IMG/VR virus record: IMGVR_UViG_3300022707_000398
Origin: a virus
Direction: 5' to 3' (one strand)
DNA: 36,118 nucleotides
The notes beneath the pieces are model-generated. The model searched no databases. It was not told the DNA's origin and was given only the letters and a program-made list of their open reading frames with translations. Shown piece after piece: positions 7,091-15,800 of the stretch. The position numbers and the translations under genes are program-made. Position 1 is the stretch's first letter. Each line of letters starts with the position of its first letter.

Positions 7091-7344
7091 TGGCCGTGGG
7101 GATTTATGATGCGTTATGCGGTCAAGCTAGTACTTTGGGTCAGCAGAGCAGACTGTTAGGACAGCCCACAAATCCTTTTGATCAACTTGGTGGTTTGGCA
7201 GCTCAAGCACAAGCACACCATGCTAGATTAAATTCAATAATGGGCATCGGATTAAGAGAAGAAAGGGTATTAATTTCTGAACCCGAAACACTAAGAGAAG
7301 AACTTCAACTTGAAACTGATAACTGGCTAAAAGATACAATTTAA
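7090..7344 (+). CDS. Hypothetical protein (84 aa)
   Basis: ORF track; TAATG junction with the previous gene. Confidence 0.55.
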   Translation: MAVGIYDALCGQASTLGQQSRLLGQPTNPFDQLGGLAAQAQAHHARLNSIMGIGLREERVLISEPETLREELQLETDNWLKDTI

Positions 7345-7362
7345 ACTTTAAAGGAGTAGATT

Positions 7363-7530
7363 ATGAATATATTAGAAAGAATATTATGTAAGTTCGGCCT
7401 TCATAATTGGTCGGCATGGGAACAAGGCGAAGGTATAAGAACCGGTCTTTTTATTAGGGTTCCCGAACGATGTAATATGCAAGACCGTAAATGTAAAACA
7501 TGCGGCACATCTGAAACAGAAATCCTTTAA
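7363..7530 (+). CDS. Small Cys-containing protein (55 aa), possibly DUF1660-like
   Basis: My own translation: MNILERILCKFGLHNWSAWEQGEGIRTGLFIRVPERCNMQDRKCKTCGTSETEIL; strong SD AAAGGAG. The family name is from memory only. Confidence 0.5.
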   Translation: MNILERILCKFGLHNWSAWEQGEGIRTGLFIRVPERCNMQDRKCKTCGTSETEIL

Positions 7531-7531
7531 C

Positions 7532-7540
7532 ACTAAACGG
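7532..7540 (+). promoter_or_regulatory. Early-junction-like motif 'ACTAAACGG'
   Basis: Lies directly after the stop at 7528-7530 and 19 nt before the ATG at 7551; the GGAG SD follows. Confidence 0.35.
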
Positions 7541-7550
7541 AGTAAAAAAT

Positions 7551-7964
7551 ATGAAATGGAATAAAGAAAATACAGATAAATTAAAAAACCTTGTCGCAGA
7601 TAAAAAAACAGCGCGGCAAATTGGGGATATATTAAACACGACCAAGAATTCGGTTATTGGTAAATGTCGCCGTATGGGGTTTAAGATTAATTCTCTTGTA
7701 TCGTGCGGACCAAAGAGAAAGCGGCCTGCTTTGAAGTCAGATAGAATGGTGTTGTCTAGTATAAAAAAGCATACTGATAGCCACGGTTGGGGCTTGGAAT
7801 TTGATGAAATCATTGAATATTCTGGTCTTCCCGCTGACATTGCGGTGACTTCAGTTAGAAGACTTATTTCTGAAAAAACCCTTAACAAAACAATTTCAAA
7901 TGTTGCGGATCATGTATTTTTTAATGATGCGAGCGTGAAGCAGTTAGGAGTTCCATCATGTTGA
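7551..7964 (+). CDS. gcrA: GcrA-like cell-cycle regulator homolog
   Basis: N-terminus 'WNKENTDKLKNLVADKKTARQIGDILNTTKNSVIGKCRRMGF' matches the GcrA DNA-binding domain pattern (W..E....L..L......A..I...L...+N.VIGK..R.G). Confidence 0.7.
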   Translation: MKWNKENTDKLKNLVADKKTARQIGDILNTTKNSVIGKCRRMGFKINSLVSCGPKRKRPALKSDRMVLSSIKKHTDSHGWGLEFDEIIEYSGLPADIAVTSVRRLISEKTLNKTISNVADHVFFNDASVKQLGVPSC

Positions 7965-8110
7965 ATGATTATTGGAATTTTAAACATGGTTTAGATCAGG
8001 CGAAAGATAAACTTGATACCGAAAATCGGGCCGCTGATAAATGGATCTTAAAAGATCTTAAGCGCGAACTTTCACAATTTAACGCATCAACTGGCGAGTG
8101 GAAATCATGA
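7958..8110 (+). CDS. Hypothetical 50-aa protein
   Basis: My own translation: MLNDYWNFKHGLDQAKDKLDTENRAADKWILKDLKRELSQFNASTGEWKS. It overlaps both neighbours by a few nt (coupled). Confidence 0.45.
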   Translation: MLNDYWNFKHGLDQAKDKLDTENRAADKWILKDLKRELSQFNASTGEWKS

Positions 8111-8487
8111 AAGGTATTAAATTTAGAGGATTTTATAACGGAACCATGTTTAACATCGATCTGATTTCTATTACAGACGGCGGCTGGGACTGTCTTGATT
8201 ATATTGATGGTAAACCGCGCAGGGGAATTAGTTTAACTGCACAGCCACACATTGAAGTCATGCAATATACTGGCCTGAAGGACGAGAACAGCGTTGAGAT
8301 ATATGAGGGGGATATTTGCCGCTTTGATAATGGTGACACGTTTTTAGTACAGTGTGAAACTTGGATTGAATTTTATGGGAAATGGTTGAAAGAGCCAGAA
8401 TGTGAAGATCAGTTAAGGGATTGGTATAGAGCGGGTAACTCAGAAGTAATCGGCAACATTCACGAAAATCCTGAACTTTTAGAATAG
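8107..8487 (+). CDS. YopX-family protein
   Basis: 'EIYEGDI' and the C-terminal 'VIGNIHENPELLE' are hallmark YopX motifs. I moved the start to the ATG at 8107, which forms an ATGA overlap. Confidence 0.75.
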   Translation: MKGIKFRGFYNGTMFNIDLISITDGGWDCLDYIDGKPRRGISLTAQPHIEVMQYTGLKDENSVEIYEGDICRFDNGDTFLVQCETWIEFYGKWLKEPECEDQLRDWYRAGNSEVIGNIHENPELLE

Positions 8488-8495
8488 TTTTCGAC

Positions 8496-8568
8496 CGCTA
8501 CCACTCCAAGAGGTTTAATGCACCCTCTAGCCAGCCTAGATGCGCTAAAGCGTCAACGTCCGGTAGCG
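8496..8568 (+). ncRNA. Possible structured RNA (three-way junction) in a 165-nt non-coding gap
   Basis: Closing helix CGCTACC (8496-8502) / GGTAGCG (8562-8568). Inner hairpins are AGAGG-10 nt-CCTCT (8509-8528) and GCGC-TAAA-GCGT (8542-8553). No T-loop or D-loop consensus, so it is not a tRNA. Confidence 0.3.
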
Positions 8569-8652
8569 CCATATATCTACACTGTATGGATAGTAAGGGC
8601 GAATTTAGGCAGCATTAACTTTAAACTTTAACTCTATTGATAAGGAAATAAA

Positions 8653-8910
8653 ATGACCAGAGAAACAACGGATTTTAAATATAACAACGGCGATCAAGCA
8701 AAAAGTATCATTACTGATTTCAAAGGAACGATCACTGCGCGAGCGGATCATTTATATGGCTGTAATCGTTATATGCTGCAACCTAAAATCAAAGACGGTG
8801 CAATGCAAGATGCCTTCTGGCATGATGAAGACGAGCTCGTGATCACTAAAGCTAAAGTTTTTAAAAGAAAAAATAATGATCGTGGGGGCTCCCCAGATAA
8901 ATTAAAATGA
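8653..8910 (+). CDS. Hypothetical protein (85 aa)
   Basis: ORF track; SD AAGGA upstream. Confidence 0.6.
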   Translation: MTRETTDFKYNNGDQAKSIITDFKGTITARADHLYGCNRYMLQPKIKDGAMQDAFWHDEDELVITKAKVFKRKNNDRGGSPDKLK

Positions 8911-8951
8911 ATATATTGATCTTTAACCGGAAAAGCATATAATGACAAATG

Positions 8952-9015
8952 TAGGGGCTAGGCCATCGAAGCTGAAGCCCTGCCGTTCCAGGACGCGCCC
9001 CTATTTTTACTTTCA
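8952..9015 (+). terminator. GC-rich stem TAGGGGC...GCCCCTA followed by a T-tract (terminator/attenuator or origin-associated structure)
   Basis: A 7-bp stem (8952-8958 / 8997-9003) encloses a GC-rich 38 nt, followed by 'TTTTTACTTT'. It lies in the 136-nt gap upstream of the replication genes. Confidence 0.3.
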
Positions 9016-9046
9016 TAGAACGGACAGCCAAGAACGGAAACGGCCC

Positions 9047-9256
9047 ATGAAAACTATATCCATAAAATCCCCAAATTTAGAATATTACCTTGCAGTAGAG
9101 CGGTGCGATAAGGCTCTATTGGCGTTTCTAAAAGAATATCTAGCATTAAATAAAACTAATTCACCATCTTTTGTGAAAACCTTATGTATTACAGAATTTA
9201 AATTTCAGATGGAAGAATATCTTGAAGATTATTTAACGGTTTATGATAATGAGTAA
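9047..9256 (+). CDS. Hypothetical protein (69 aa; start moved to MKTISIK)
   Basis: The ORF-track frame 8942..9256 has an N-terminal 35 aa that cover the GC-rich structured gap, so the internal ATG at 9047 is preferred. The SD is weak. Confidence 0.45.
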   Translation: MKTISIKSPNLEYYLAVERCDKALLAFLKEYLALNKTNSPSFVKTLCITEFKFQMEEYLEDYLTVYDNE

Positions 9257-10100
9257 AGCGCCATTTATGCCATTAGCAACAGATGCCTTTATTGGTGATA
9301 CAACTGGCTTAAACGCAGCCGAGACTGGCGCATATATGATGCTGTTAATATGCCAGTGGCGCAACAATGGTCTTCCGCTAGACAATAACCCTAAAAAACT
9401 TCAAAGAATGACCAGATGCACCAAAGCACAATTCAATAGAGTTTGGCCTGAAATAGCACACTTCTTTGAAGTCACTGAAAACACTATATCGCAAAAACGT
9501 GTCGAAAAAACGATGTTAGAGGTGTTAAAAAAGATACAAGTAAAAAGTGAAAGTGGAAAACTTGGTGGTCGCCCTAAGTCATTGAAAACAAACGAACCAG
9601 TAAAAGCAAATGGTTATGATCAGCTTAAGCGAAACGAAAGCGAAACGAAAGCAACTATAACCATAACTAAAAAGGTAGAAGAAAGTAATACTAACGTATT
9701 ACCAAAAGTTAACGATTTATTCGATGATCCAGAGACTAAAAAATTAAATGGAAAGAAACAAAATGACAAATCAAAACCCAAACGAAAACAACAAATCCAA
9801 ACAAGGTTTCCAACCGATCAAGACTTCCCTGAATGCCCTGAAAAGTATCAACAATGGGCAATCTCAAAAGGGGTCACAAAATGGCAACCCGTCTGGACAA
9901 AATTCTTTAACCACCATTACAACAAACAAGTTGGTCAAGTTTCATGGTACAGGACTTGGCAAAACTGGATCAGTAACCATATCGAATGGGGAAATAATAG
10001 AACATCAAATTCAAATGGATCAAAACAATCTTCCGCTGATGCCTCAATCGAAGGCGCAATGTTGGCAATTAATGGACCAGGAGATTTCAAGCCAGATTGA
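9243..10100 (+). CDS. DUF1376 (YdaU-like) phage replication-region protein
   Basis: 'MPLATDAFIGDTTGLNAAETGAYMMLLICQWRNNGLPLDNNPKKLQRM' matches the DUF1376 N-terminal pattern (Y.....GD...T..L...E.GAY..LL...W..G.LP.D...L.R). The C-terminus is Trp-rich. Confidence 0.75.
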   Translation: MIMSKAPFMPLATDAFIGDTTGLNAAETGAYMMLLICQWRNNGLPLDNNPKKLQRMTRCTKAQFNRVWPEIAHFFEVTENTISQKRVEKTMLEVLKKIQVKSESGKLGGRPKSLKTNEPVKANGYDQLKRNESETKATITITKKVEESNTNVLPKVNDLFDDPETKKLNGKKQNDKSKPKRKQQIQTRFPTDQDFPECPEKYQQWAISKGVTKWQPVWTKFFNHHYNKQVGQVSWYRTWQNWISNHIEWGNNRTSNSNGSKQSSADASIEGAMLAINGPGDFKPD

Positions 10101-10530
10101 AAACAGAAGGTATGGCTCAATGGATTACACGAAAAAATATATTGAGAAGGACAAGGAATTATTCTTCTGTAAGCTTTTAATTCAACAGGAGGCAGCCTTA
10201 CGTCACAGTGATCCAGAAGAATTGAGGCAGCAAATAATTAAACGTCTAGCCCTGCTTTCACTGACTAGGCCAACACAGAATATGCAAAAAGAAGGCAAGG
10301 CGGCAATATTTGCAAGTTTTGCTATGAGGTTAATCGAAAAGGACTATTGCCATTATTCAATCATGAAAGGCATAGACGATTTTGATGATAATGATGAAGG
10401 TGATTTTTTCCCGAACATTAAAAAACTAATAGACTGTATAAATCCAATCAATTACAAAGCCCAAAAGCGAGCGCAAAAGCTTGAAGAAATGTTGTTAAGA
10501 TTACATAAAACTAATCCCGATGGGAAATAA
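10072..10530 (+). CDS. Hypothetical protein downstream of DUF1376 (about 152 aa; start uncertain)
   Basis: This is the 3' part of ORF 9748..10530. The first 108 codons overlap 9243..10100 in another frame and are low complexity. Candidate starts are ATG 10072 or ATG 10121. Confidence 0.5.
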   Translation: MDQEISSQIENRRYGSMDYTKKYIEKDKELFFCKLLIQQEAALRHSDPEELRQQIIKRLALLSLTRPTQNMQKEGKAAIFASFAMRLIEKDYCHYSIMKGIDDFDDNDEGDFFPNIKKLIDCINPINYKAQKRAQKLEEMLLRLHKTNPDGK

Positions 10531-10532
10531 CA

Positions 10533-10901
10533 ATGCGCGTCCCTAAGCATCTTAAACACCGCAGCGACAACGATTGTCTAGAATGTAGGATTATCTATGG
10601 ATACATGTTTAATAATCTTGAACAGTTCTATTGTGAAGCCTGTGATAGCTTGTATGAGCTTGAAAAAATGAAAAGACCGAGTAAATGCCCTGTATGCGAA
10701 GGAACTGGAAACGTTAGCAATGACAAAATGCGGCAAATATGTTGTGAGAATTTCTTAGAGCTCGGCTTATGTTGCCAATTATTTAAACTGGATCTAGAAG
10801 AATTCCCCACTGTATGTGGACGATGCAAGGGAACGGGACTTAAGCAAAGCAAGGACGATGAAAACAATTATCAAACTTTAACAAACAATGGGAGTGAATA
10901 A
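10533..10901 (+). CDS. Cys-rich protein with DnaJ-type CxxCxGxG zinc-finger repeats
   Basis: 'CPVCEGTG' and 'CGRCKGTG' plus additional CxxC pairs in 122 aa. Confidence 0.65.
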   Translation: MRVPKHLKHRSDNDCLECRIIYGYMFNNLEQFYCEACDSLYELEKMKRPSKCPVCEGTGNVSNDKMRQICCENFLELGLCCQLFKLDLEEFPTVCGRCKGTGLKQSKDDENNYQTLTNNGSE

Positions 10902-10903
10902 TT

Positions 10904-11092
10904 ATGACCACCAACAACGAATTCAACTATCAACTAATCCAGGATAACTTTGAAGCATGGTTGCGAGGTTATTGGAAGGGCATTCCGAAACCTGTGCCAA
11001 GACCGGACTTCAAACAAGCTGCAATACAATACGCTGAATGCAGACAAACACTTGATCAGGAATTTTTAAAAGAGTTTGGGATTAAACGATGA
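10904..11092 (+). CDS. Hypothetical protein (62 aa)
   Basis: ORF track; SD GGGAG upstream. Confidence 0.55.
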   Translation: MTTNNEFNYQLIQDNFEAWLRGYWKGIPKPVPRPDFKQAAIQYAECRQTLDQEFLKEFGIKR

Positions 11093-11241
11093 ACAGTTCA
11101 GATAAATTATGGGAGCTTAAGAAGCTTAAACATAAAAGGGATGACATATTGTTTATCGCTCCATTTATTGAAAGCTGTGAGTTAGAGCGCCGCATGACAG
11201 GCATCAACAGCCAGATATCCAAACTACTAGAGGATGATTAA
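11089..11241 (+). CDS. Hypothetical 50-aa protein
   Basis: My own translation: MNSSDKLWELKKLKHKRDDILFIAPFIESCELERRMTGINSQISKLLEDD; ATGA overlap with the previous gene. Confidence 0.4.
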   Translation: MNSSDKLWELKKLKHKRDDILFIAPFIESCELERRMTGINSQISKLLEDD

Positions 11242-11287
11242 ACACCGTGATTTGCATAACCGTTGAAAAATATGATATAGCTTAAAC

Positions 11288-11482
11288 ATGAAATCCAAAC
11301 GCAACACAGTAAACTTTTTTGAGTCCGTTGGTGACGCATACCAAGCAAACCGACTTCGAAAAGACTTGAGAAAAATATGGCGTGATACGATTTTGAGATT
11401 GGATGAGAAAAATAAATGCGTTCCGTTGGCACATAACGAAATACTCCAAACATTGCCAAACCATTACTTTGAAAGATGTTAA
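11288..11482 (+). CDS. Hypothetical protein (64 aa)
   Basis: ORF track; TAAATG junction with the small terminase gene. Competing minus-strand ORFs were rejected on operon context. The SD is weak. Confidence 0.45.
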   Translation: MKSKRNTVNFFESVGDAYQANRLRKDLRKIWRDTILRLDEKNKCVPLAHNEILQTLPNHYFERC

Positions 11483-12061
11483 ATGAAACTTTCCGATGAG
11501 CAGAAAAAACTAGCTAAAGCATGTACGACATTGCAGAAGAAAATAGTGATTAATGTTGTTGGTAAAACCATGAGCCACAGAGAAGCTTATGTTGCTGCTG
11601 GAGGTAAAGCTGAGAGCGAACAATCACAAGACAGCACTGTTTATGAAATCCTTAGTAAACCTGAGGTGAAGGCATTTTATGACAGTTTGATGGAAAGCGC
11701 GGCGTCCGGCGCCATTCTCACAAAGCAAAAAGCCCTTGAAATATTGTCTGATCACACCATTGCAAAAATGTCTGACTTTGTCGAAATCAAAAAAGAAAAA
11801 GGCAAGTTGATAATGGTCATGAAAGACCCAACGCAACTGCCTGATAGCCTTCAAAGGTGCATTAAATCTATTGTTCCTCACGGTGACAGCTTCAAGCTTG
11901 AAATATATGACAGCCACGCAGCAATGAAGCAGCTTTCTGATATGATTGGTTGGAACGTACCACGTAAGACGCAGATAAGTGGCCCTGAAGATGGGCCGAT
12001 TGAAACTAATATGACGGTAACGTTTGTGAGTGCTGATGACAATAAACCTAAAAATAAATAA
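11483..12061 (+). CDS. terS: Terminase small subunit
   Basis: Lies directly upstream of and overlapping the large terminase. The N-terminus 'LSDEQKKLAKACT...SHREAYVAAGGKAESEQSQDSTVYEILSKPEVKAFYDSL' resembles Terminase_2/P27-type small subunits. Confidence 0.7.
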   Translation: MKLSDEQKKLAKACTTLQKKIVINVVGKTMSHREAYVAAGGKAESEQSQDSTVYEILSKPEVKAFYDSLMESAASGAILTKQKALEILSDHTIAKMSDFVEIKKEKGKLIMVMKDPTQLPDSLQRCIKSIVPHGDSFKLEIYDSHAAMKQLSDMIGWNVPRKTQISGPEDGPIETNMTVTFVSADDNKPKNK

Positions 12062-13493
12062 GAAATTTGAACCTTTCGTAAAAAAACATAAGCCATTAAA
12101 AATTATAATAGGTGGCCGTGGTTCCGGTAAATCAATTGCGGTTTGTGATATTATGACGGGCCTTAAGATGGGGATTGAAAACGAGAATGTTCTTTGTCTC
12201 CGCGAATTCCAGAACACCATTGAAGACAGTATCCACAACGAAATGAAGAATAGCGTTGATGAACGTATTGGCTTTAGCGGCTGGCAACTTCAGAAGACCA
12301 CCATCGTTGCACCAAGCGGAGCGCATACCACATACAAGGGCGCCAATCGTGACCCGAACAGCGTTAAATCCATGACGGGCTATAAATATGCGTTGTTTGA
12401 AGAAGCACAAACAGCATCCAAAGAAAGCATCGAAAAGCTTATACCAACCATCTTGCGTGAACCTGGCCGTGAATGTTGGTTCGTCGGAAACCCTCAATCA
12501 AGTGGTGACGCCTTCAGTCAAAGATTTATTGTTCCCTTCCTAAAAGAATTGGAGCGTGACGGATATTACGAAGATGATCTTCATATGATCGTTGTTGTTA
12601 ACTGGCGAGATAATCCTTGGTGGAATGAAGCACAAGAAGCTATTCGTTTGTATGATTATAAAACAATGCCACGCGCCCTATATGATCACATTTGGGAAGG
12701 TAAGTTCAATGATACCGTTGATAATTCAATTGTCATGCCTGAATGGTTTGATGCCGCGATTGATGCTCACCTTGACCCAAAGTTGAAAGAAGCCTTTGCA
12801 CCACTTGGAGCAATCAAAGCCGCACATGATCCGTTTGACGATGGCAATGATGCGGGAGGCTATGCGGTCCGTCATGGAAGTATAATCACTAAAACACGAA
12901 GTAAGAGCCACGGCGAAATTGATGACGTTTGTGATTGGGCCACGGATCTTGCCCGTAAAGACAACGCTGATTGGTTCATTTGGGATGGTGACGGAATGGG
13001 AACAGGGCTCAAGCGTCAAGTCTCTGATGCGTTCAAAGGCACTCACTGCCAATATCACATGTTCCGAGGCAGTTTATCGGGCAAGGCTCAAGACAACGCC
13101 AATCAAATTTACATGCCGGCTGATGGTGAAGCAGCCGTGAAGAAAGCCAAGACTTATGCTGATACATTCCTGAATAACCGTGCTCAGTATTATGTGATTA
13201 TGGCTACAAGATTTCACAACGTGTACAAATGCCGCATCAAAGGCCAGTACATCGATCCGGCTGAAATGATCAGCTTAAGTTCCGAGGGCATCGAAGATAT
13301 GATATCGCTCCGGTCGCAGATTTGCCGCATCCCACGCAAGCCAAATTCACGCGGACTTGAGCAGATATTGAGCAAAGAAGAAATGAAGAAATTAAAAATA
13401 CCTTCGCCAAATGATGCCGATGCGGTTATGATGACCGAATTCACACCGCCGATTGATGAAGATTTTGAAGAGATAGATTTTAAAGGATGGTAG
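12030..13493 (+). CDS. terL: Terminase large subunit
   Basis: Walker A 'GGRGSGKS'; 487 aa; position upstream of the portal. The start could be ATG 12030 or 12036. Confidence 0.85.
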   Translation: MLMTINLKINKKFEPFVKKHKPLKIIIGGRGSGKSIAVCDIMTGLKMGIENENVLCLREFQNTIEDSIHNEMKNSVDERIGFSGWQLQKTTIVAPSGAHTTYKGANRDPNSVKSMTGYKYALFEEAQTASKESIEKLIPTILREPGRECWFVGNPQSSGDAFSQRFIVPFLKELERDGYYEDDLHMIVVVNWRDNPWWNEAQEAIRLYDYKTMPRALYDHIWEGKFNDTVDNSIVMPEWFDAAIDAHLDPKLKEAFAPLGAIKAAHDPFDDGNDAGGYAVRHGSIITKTRSKSHGEIDDVCDWATDLARKDNADWFIWDGDGMGTGLKRQVSDAFKGTHCQYHMFRGSLSGKAQDNANQIYMPADGEAAVKKAKTYADTFLNNRAQYYVIMATRFHNVYKCRIKGQYIDPAEMISLSSEGIEDMISLRSQICRIPRKPNSRGLEQILSKEEMKKLKIPSPNDADAVMMTEFTPPIDEDFEEIDFKGW

Positions 13494-13496
13494 TAA

Positions 13497-15704
13497 ATGC
13501 CTAACTATGCAAATTACAGAGAAGTTATAAAACTACTTTCCGAGGCGCAAGATACCGACGAAGATAATCGATCACTTGCAAAAGAAGATCATATCTTTTT
13601 GGCAAAAGAAGATGGTCAATGGGAACAACATATCATTGATAGTTTCGATACAAAGCCGCGTTATACATTCGACCAGACAACGCCAATCGTTGACCAGATA
13701 GCCGGCGATATGGAGAAATCAAACTTCGATATATCAATCAAGCCAACGGGCGCGGGGGCCACCAAAGAACTTGCAGAAGTTCGGTCCGGCATGACGCGCA
13801 ACATTGAAAACATCTCTGAAGCTCAAGGCATTTATGCTATGGCTGGCCGCAACATGGTTACAGCAGGGCTTGATCATTGGATGGTTGCGACTGAATTTCT
13901 TGATGATACTTCCTTTGATCAGGATTTAATAATCAAACCTATTCACAACTCGATTGACCGTGTCTGGTTTGATGTGGGTGCTCAACGTCAAGACAAAGCT
14001 GATGCCAATCATGGTTGGTTATTATCTGCAATACCAAGAAGCGACTTTCTGGAGAAGAACCCCAAGCGATCAGGCAAGAGTGTTGACGATGGATCAGAAA
14101 GCGAAACATACTACAACAAAAATGAAACCGTTGTGATCGGTCATTTGTTCTTTCGTAAAACCAAAAGCAGAGAATTAATTAAAACCACTCTTGGCCGCGT
14201 GTTCTTCAAGGATGATGAAAAGTTTATAAAAATTCAGGACGAGCTCGCCCAAGCCGGCGAAACAATTGATGACACTCGGATGGTTAAAGTCAGCACGTTT
14301 TTCATGAGAAAGTTTGACGGTGATGGATGGATGGGTAAGGCCGAAGAGACTGTATTTTCAAGTATTCCGCTTGTTCCTATCTATGGTAATTATCAAGTTA
14401 TTGAAAACAAGATGTTATATCGCGGCGTTGTCCGTAAGCTTAAAGACCCGCAAAGAGTATTGAATTATTCTCAGTCAAGAGAGATTGAGGAAGGCGCCCT
14501 TGCCCCACGCGCTAAAAAGTGGATGACAAAAGCACAAGCCAAAGGCCATTCGAACAGCTTGAGAACAATGAACACCAACACAGACCCTGTTCAGTTTTAT
14601 AATCATGTCGAGGGAGAACTTCCGCCGTTTGATATGGGAGGCGCTCAAATTAATCCGGGCCTCAGTAGAATTACCGAAAGCATGAAGGGCTTAATGGGCT
14701 CAACCGCTGGTATCTTCGCGGTTGGAATGGGAGACAATCCTTTCAATCAATCTGGCATTGCCATTGAACGCCTTCAAAATAAAACAAACAATATCACGGT
14801 TAAATATTTCTCACCCGTTGAGGTTGGAGTTTGCCGGACAGCCACGATCATCAACGAAGCGTATCCGAAAGTTTATGACACCGAAAGGCAGCAACGCATT
14901 CTGAATGTTGATGGTTCTTTTGAAATGCAGATGATTAATCAAGCTGTTATTGACCAAGAAACAGGTGATGAAGTTATCTTAAACGATATGTCTATTGGTA
15001 AGTATACCGCTTCGTGTAAAGCCGGGCCTTCATTTGCAAGCCAACAAGACGAAACTGTGCAAAGTATTCTTAAGGTTGCCGCTGTTGATCCTTCAATACT
15101 GTTAATAGGTCAAGATATATTCCTGAGTAACATCAACGCGCCGGGTCTTGATAAGGTTGCCGAGCGTTCAAGGCAGCAGCTTTTGAAAACTGGTGTTATT
15201 CCTGAAAGTCAACAGACTGATGAAGAGAAACAACAAATAGCACTTGCCGCTCAACAACCACAAGCGCCGGATGCTAATATGGTACTAGCACAAGCCGAGC
15301 AAGCCAAAGCAGACGCACAAGCGGCCAAGGTCCAAGTTGATCAACAGAGAAATCAAATCGAAATGGTCAAGGCTCAGAATAAAATAAACCTAGATATGCA
15401 AAATCTTCAGTTAGCAGCGCGTAAGCTTGAACTTGATGCACAACAAAGGAATGTCGAGTTCCAAGAGAAGCTTGCAAAACTTAATCAGGCAACACAGAAA
15501 CAAGAGTTTGATCAACTGATCGTCCTTCAAGATCAACAAAATCAATTCACAAATGACGCGATTAATAACCTAAATACTCAAGCAAACACGTTGAAAACAT
15601 TAGCGGACGCAATAGCAACCTCACCCATTCAAGGGCCCGGTAATGCCATCTCTTACATTCAACAAACGCAGGAAGTTATAGGATCGCAAACAGTGACACA
15701 ATAA
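13497..15704 (+). CDS. Portal protein with long C-terminal Gln-rich coiled coil (P22-portal-like barrel?)
   Basis: 735 aa, immediately after terL. The last ~150 aa are Gln/Ala-rich heptad-like sequence (QQTDEEKQQIALAAQQPQ...QQRNQIEMVKAQNK...). P22 gp1 has similar size and architecture (from memory). Confidence 0.8.
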   Translation: MPNYANYREVIKLLSEAQDTDEDNRSLAKEDHIFLAKEDGQWEQHIIDSFDTKPRYTFDQTTPIVDQIAGDMEKSNFDISIKPTGAGATKELAEVRSGMTRNIENISEAQGIYAMAGRNMVTAGLDHWMVATEFLDDTSFDQDLIIKPIHNSIDRVWFDVGAQRQDKADANHGWLLSAIPRSDFLEKNPKRSGKSVDDGSESETYYNKNETVVIGHLFFRKTKSRELIKTTLGRVFFKDDEKFIKIQDELAQAGETIDDTRMVKVSTFFMRKFDGDGWMGKAEETVFSSIPLVPIYGNYQVIENKMLYRGVVRKLKDPQRVLNYSQSREIEEGALAPRAKKWMTKAQAKGHSNSLRTMNTNTDPVQFYNHVEGELPPFDMGGAQINPGLSRITESMKGLMGSTAGIFAVGMGDNPFNQSGIAIERLQNKTNNITVKYFSPVEVGVCRTATIINEAYPKVYDTERQQRILNVDGSFEMQMINQAVIDQETGDEVILNDMSIGKYTASCKAGPSFASQQDETVQSILKVAAVDPSILLIGQDIFLSNINAPGLDKVAERSRQQLLKTGVIPESQQTDEEKQQIALAAQQPQAPDANMVLAQAEQAKADAQAAKVQVDQQRNQIEMVKAQNKINLDMQNLQLAARKLELDAQQRNVEFQEKLAKLNQATQKQEFDQLIVLQDQQNQFTNDAINNLNTQANTLKTLADAIATSPIQGPGNAISYIQQTQEVIGSQTVTQ

Positions 15705-15800
15705 AATATAATCTTGATTAAACATTATTTATTTGTTAATGATTGAATATACCTCACGGGCAGGAAGTCCGGCAATCACCTAATACAAGGGTTTTAAAAT

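Noticed and set aside
7454-7888. 144-aa minus-strand ORF overlapping the GcrA-like gene
   Set aside because: The plus-strand frame carries the recognisable GcrA N-terminal domain and an SD. The antisense translation is hydrophobic and low complexity.
8611-8631. CtrA-box (TTAA-N7-TTAAC) interpretation of the TTAAC-rich strings here and in the junction motifs
   Set aside because: I checked the spacings by hand (N3, N4 or N9 rather than N7). None fits the CtrA consensus.
9629-9652. Tandem 'GCGAAACGAAA' x2.2 inside the DUF1376 gene as origin iterons
   Set aside because: There are only two copies and no flanking AT-rich unwinding element. They are in-frame coding sequence (..KRNESETKA..), so the evidence is insufficient.
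9748-10071. 108-codon alternative frame overlapping the 3' third of the DUF1376 gene (possible overprinted gene)
   Set aside because: The translation is Asn/Gln/Ser/Thr-rich low complexity. The DUF1376 frame here looks genuine (Trp-rich C-terminus). I treat only the non-overlapping part from about 10072 as coding. Ribosome profiling could revisit this.
11624-12497. Long minus-strand ORFs (11624..12238, 11878..12096, 12132..12497) across the terminase genes
   Set aside because: They are antisense to well-supported terS and terL (Walker A motif, gene order). Their translations are low complexity and lack start contexts.
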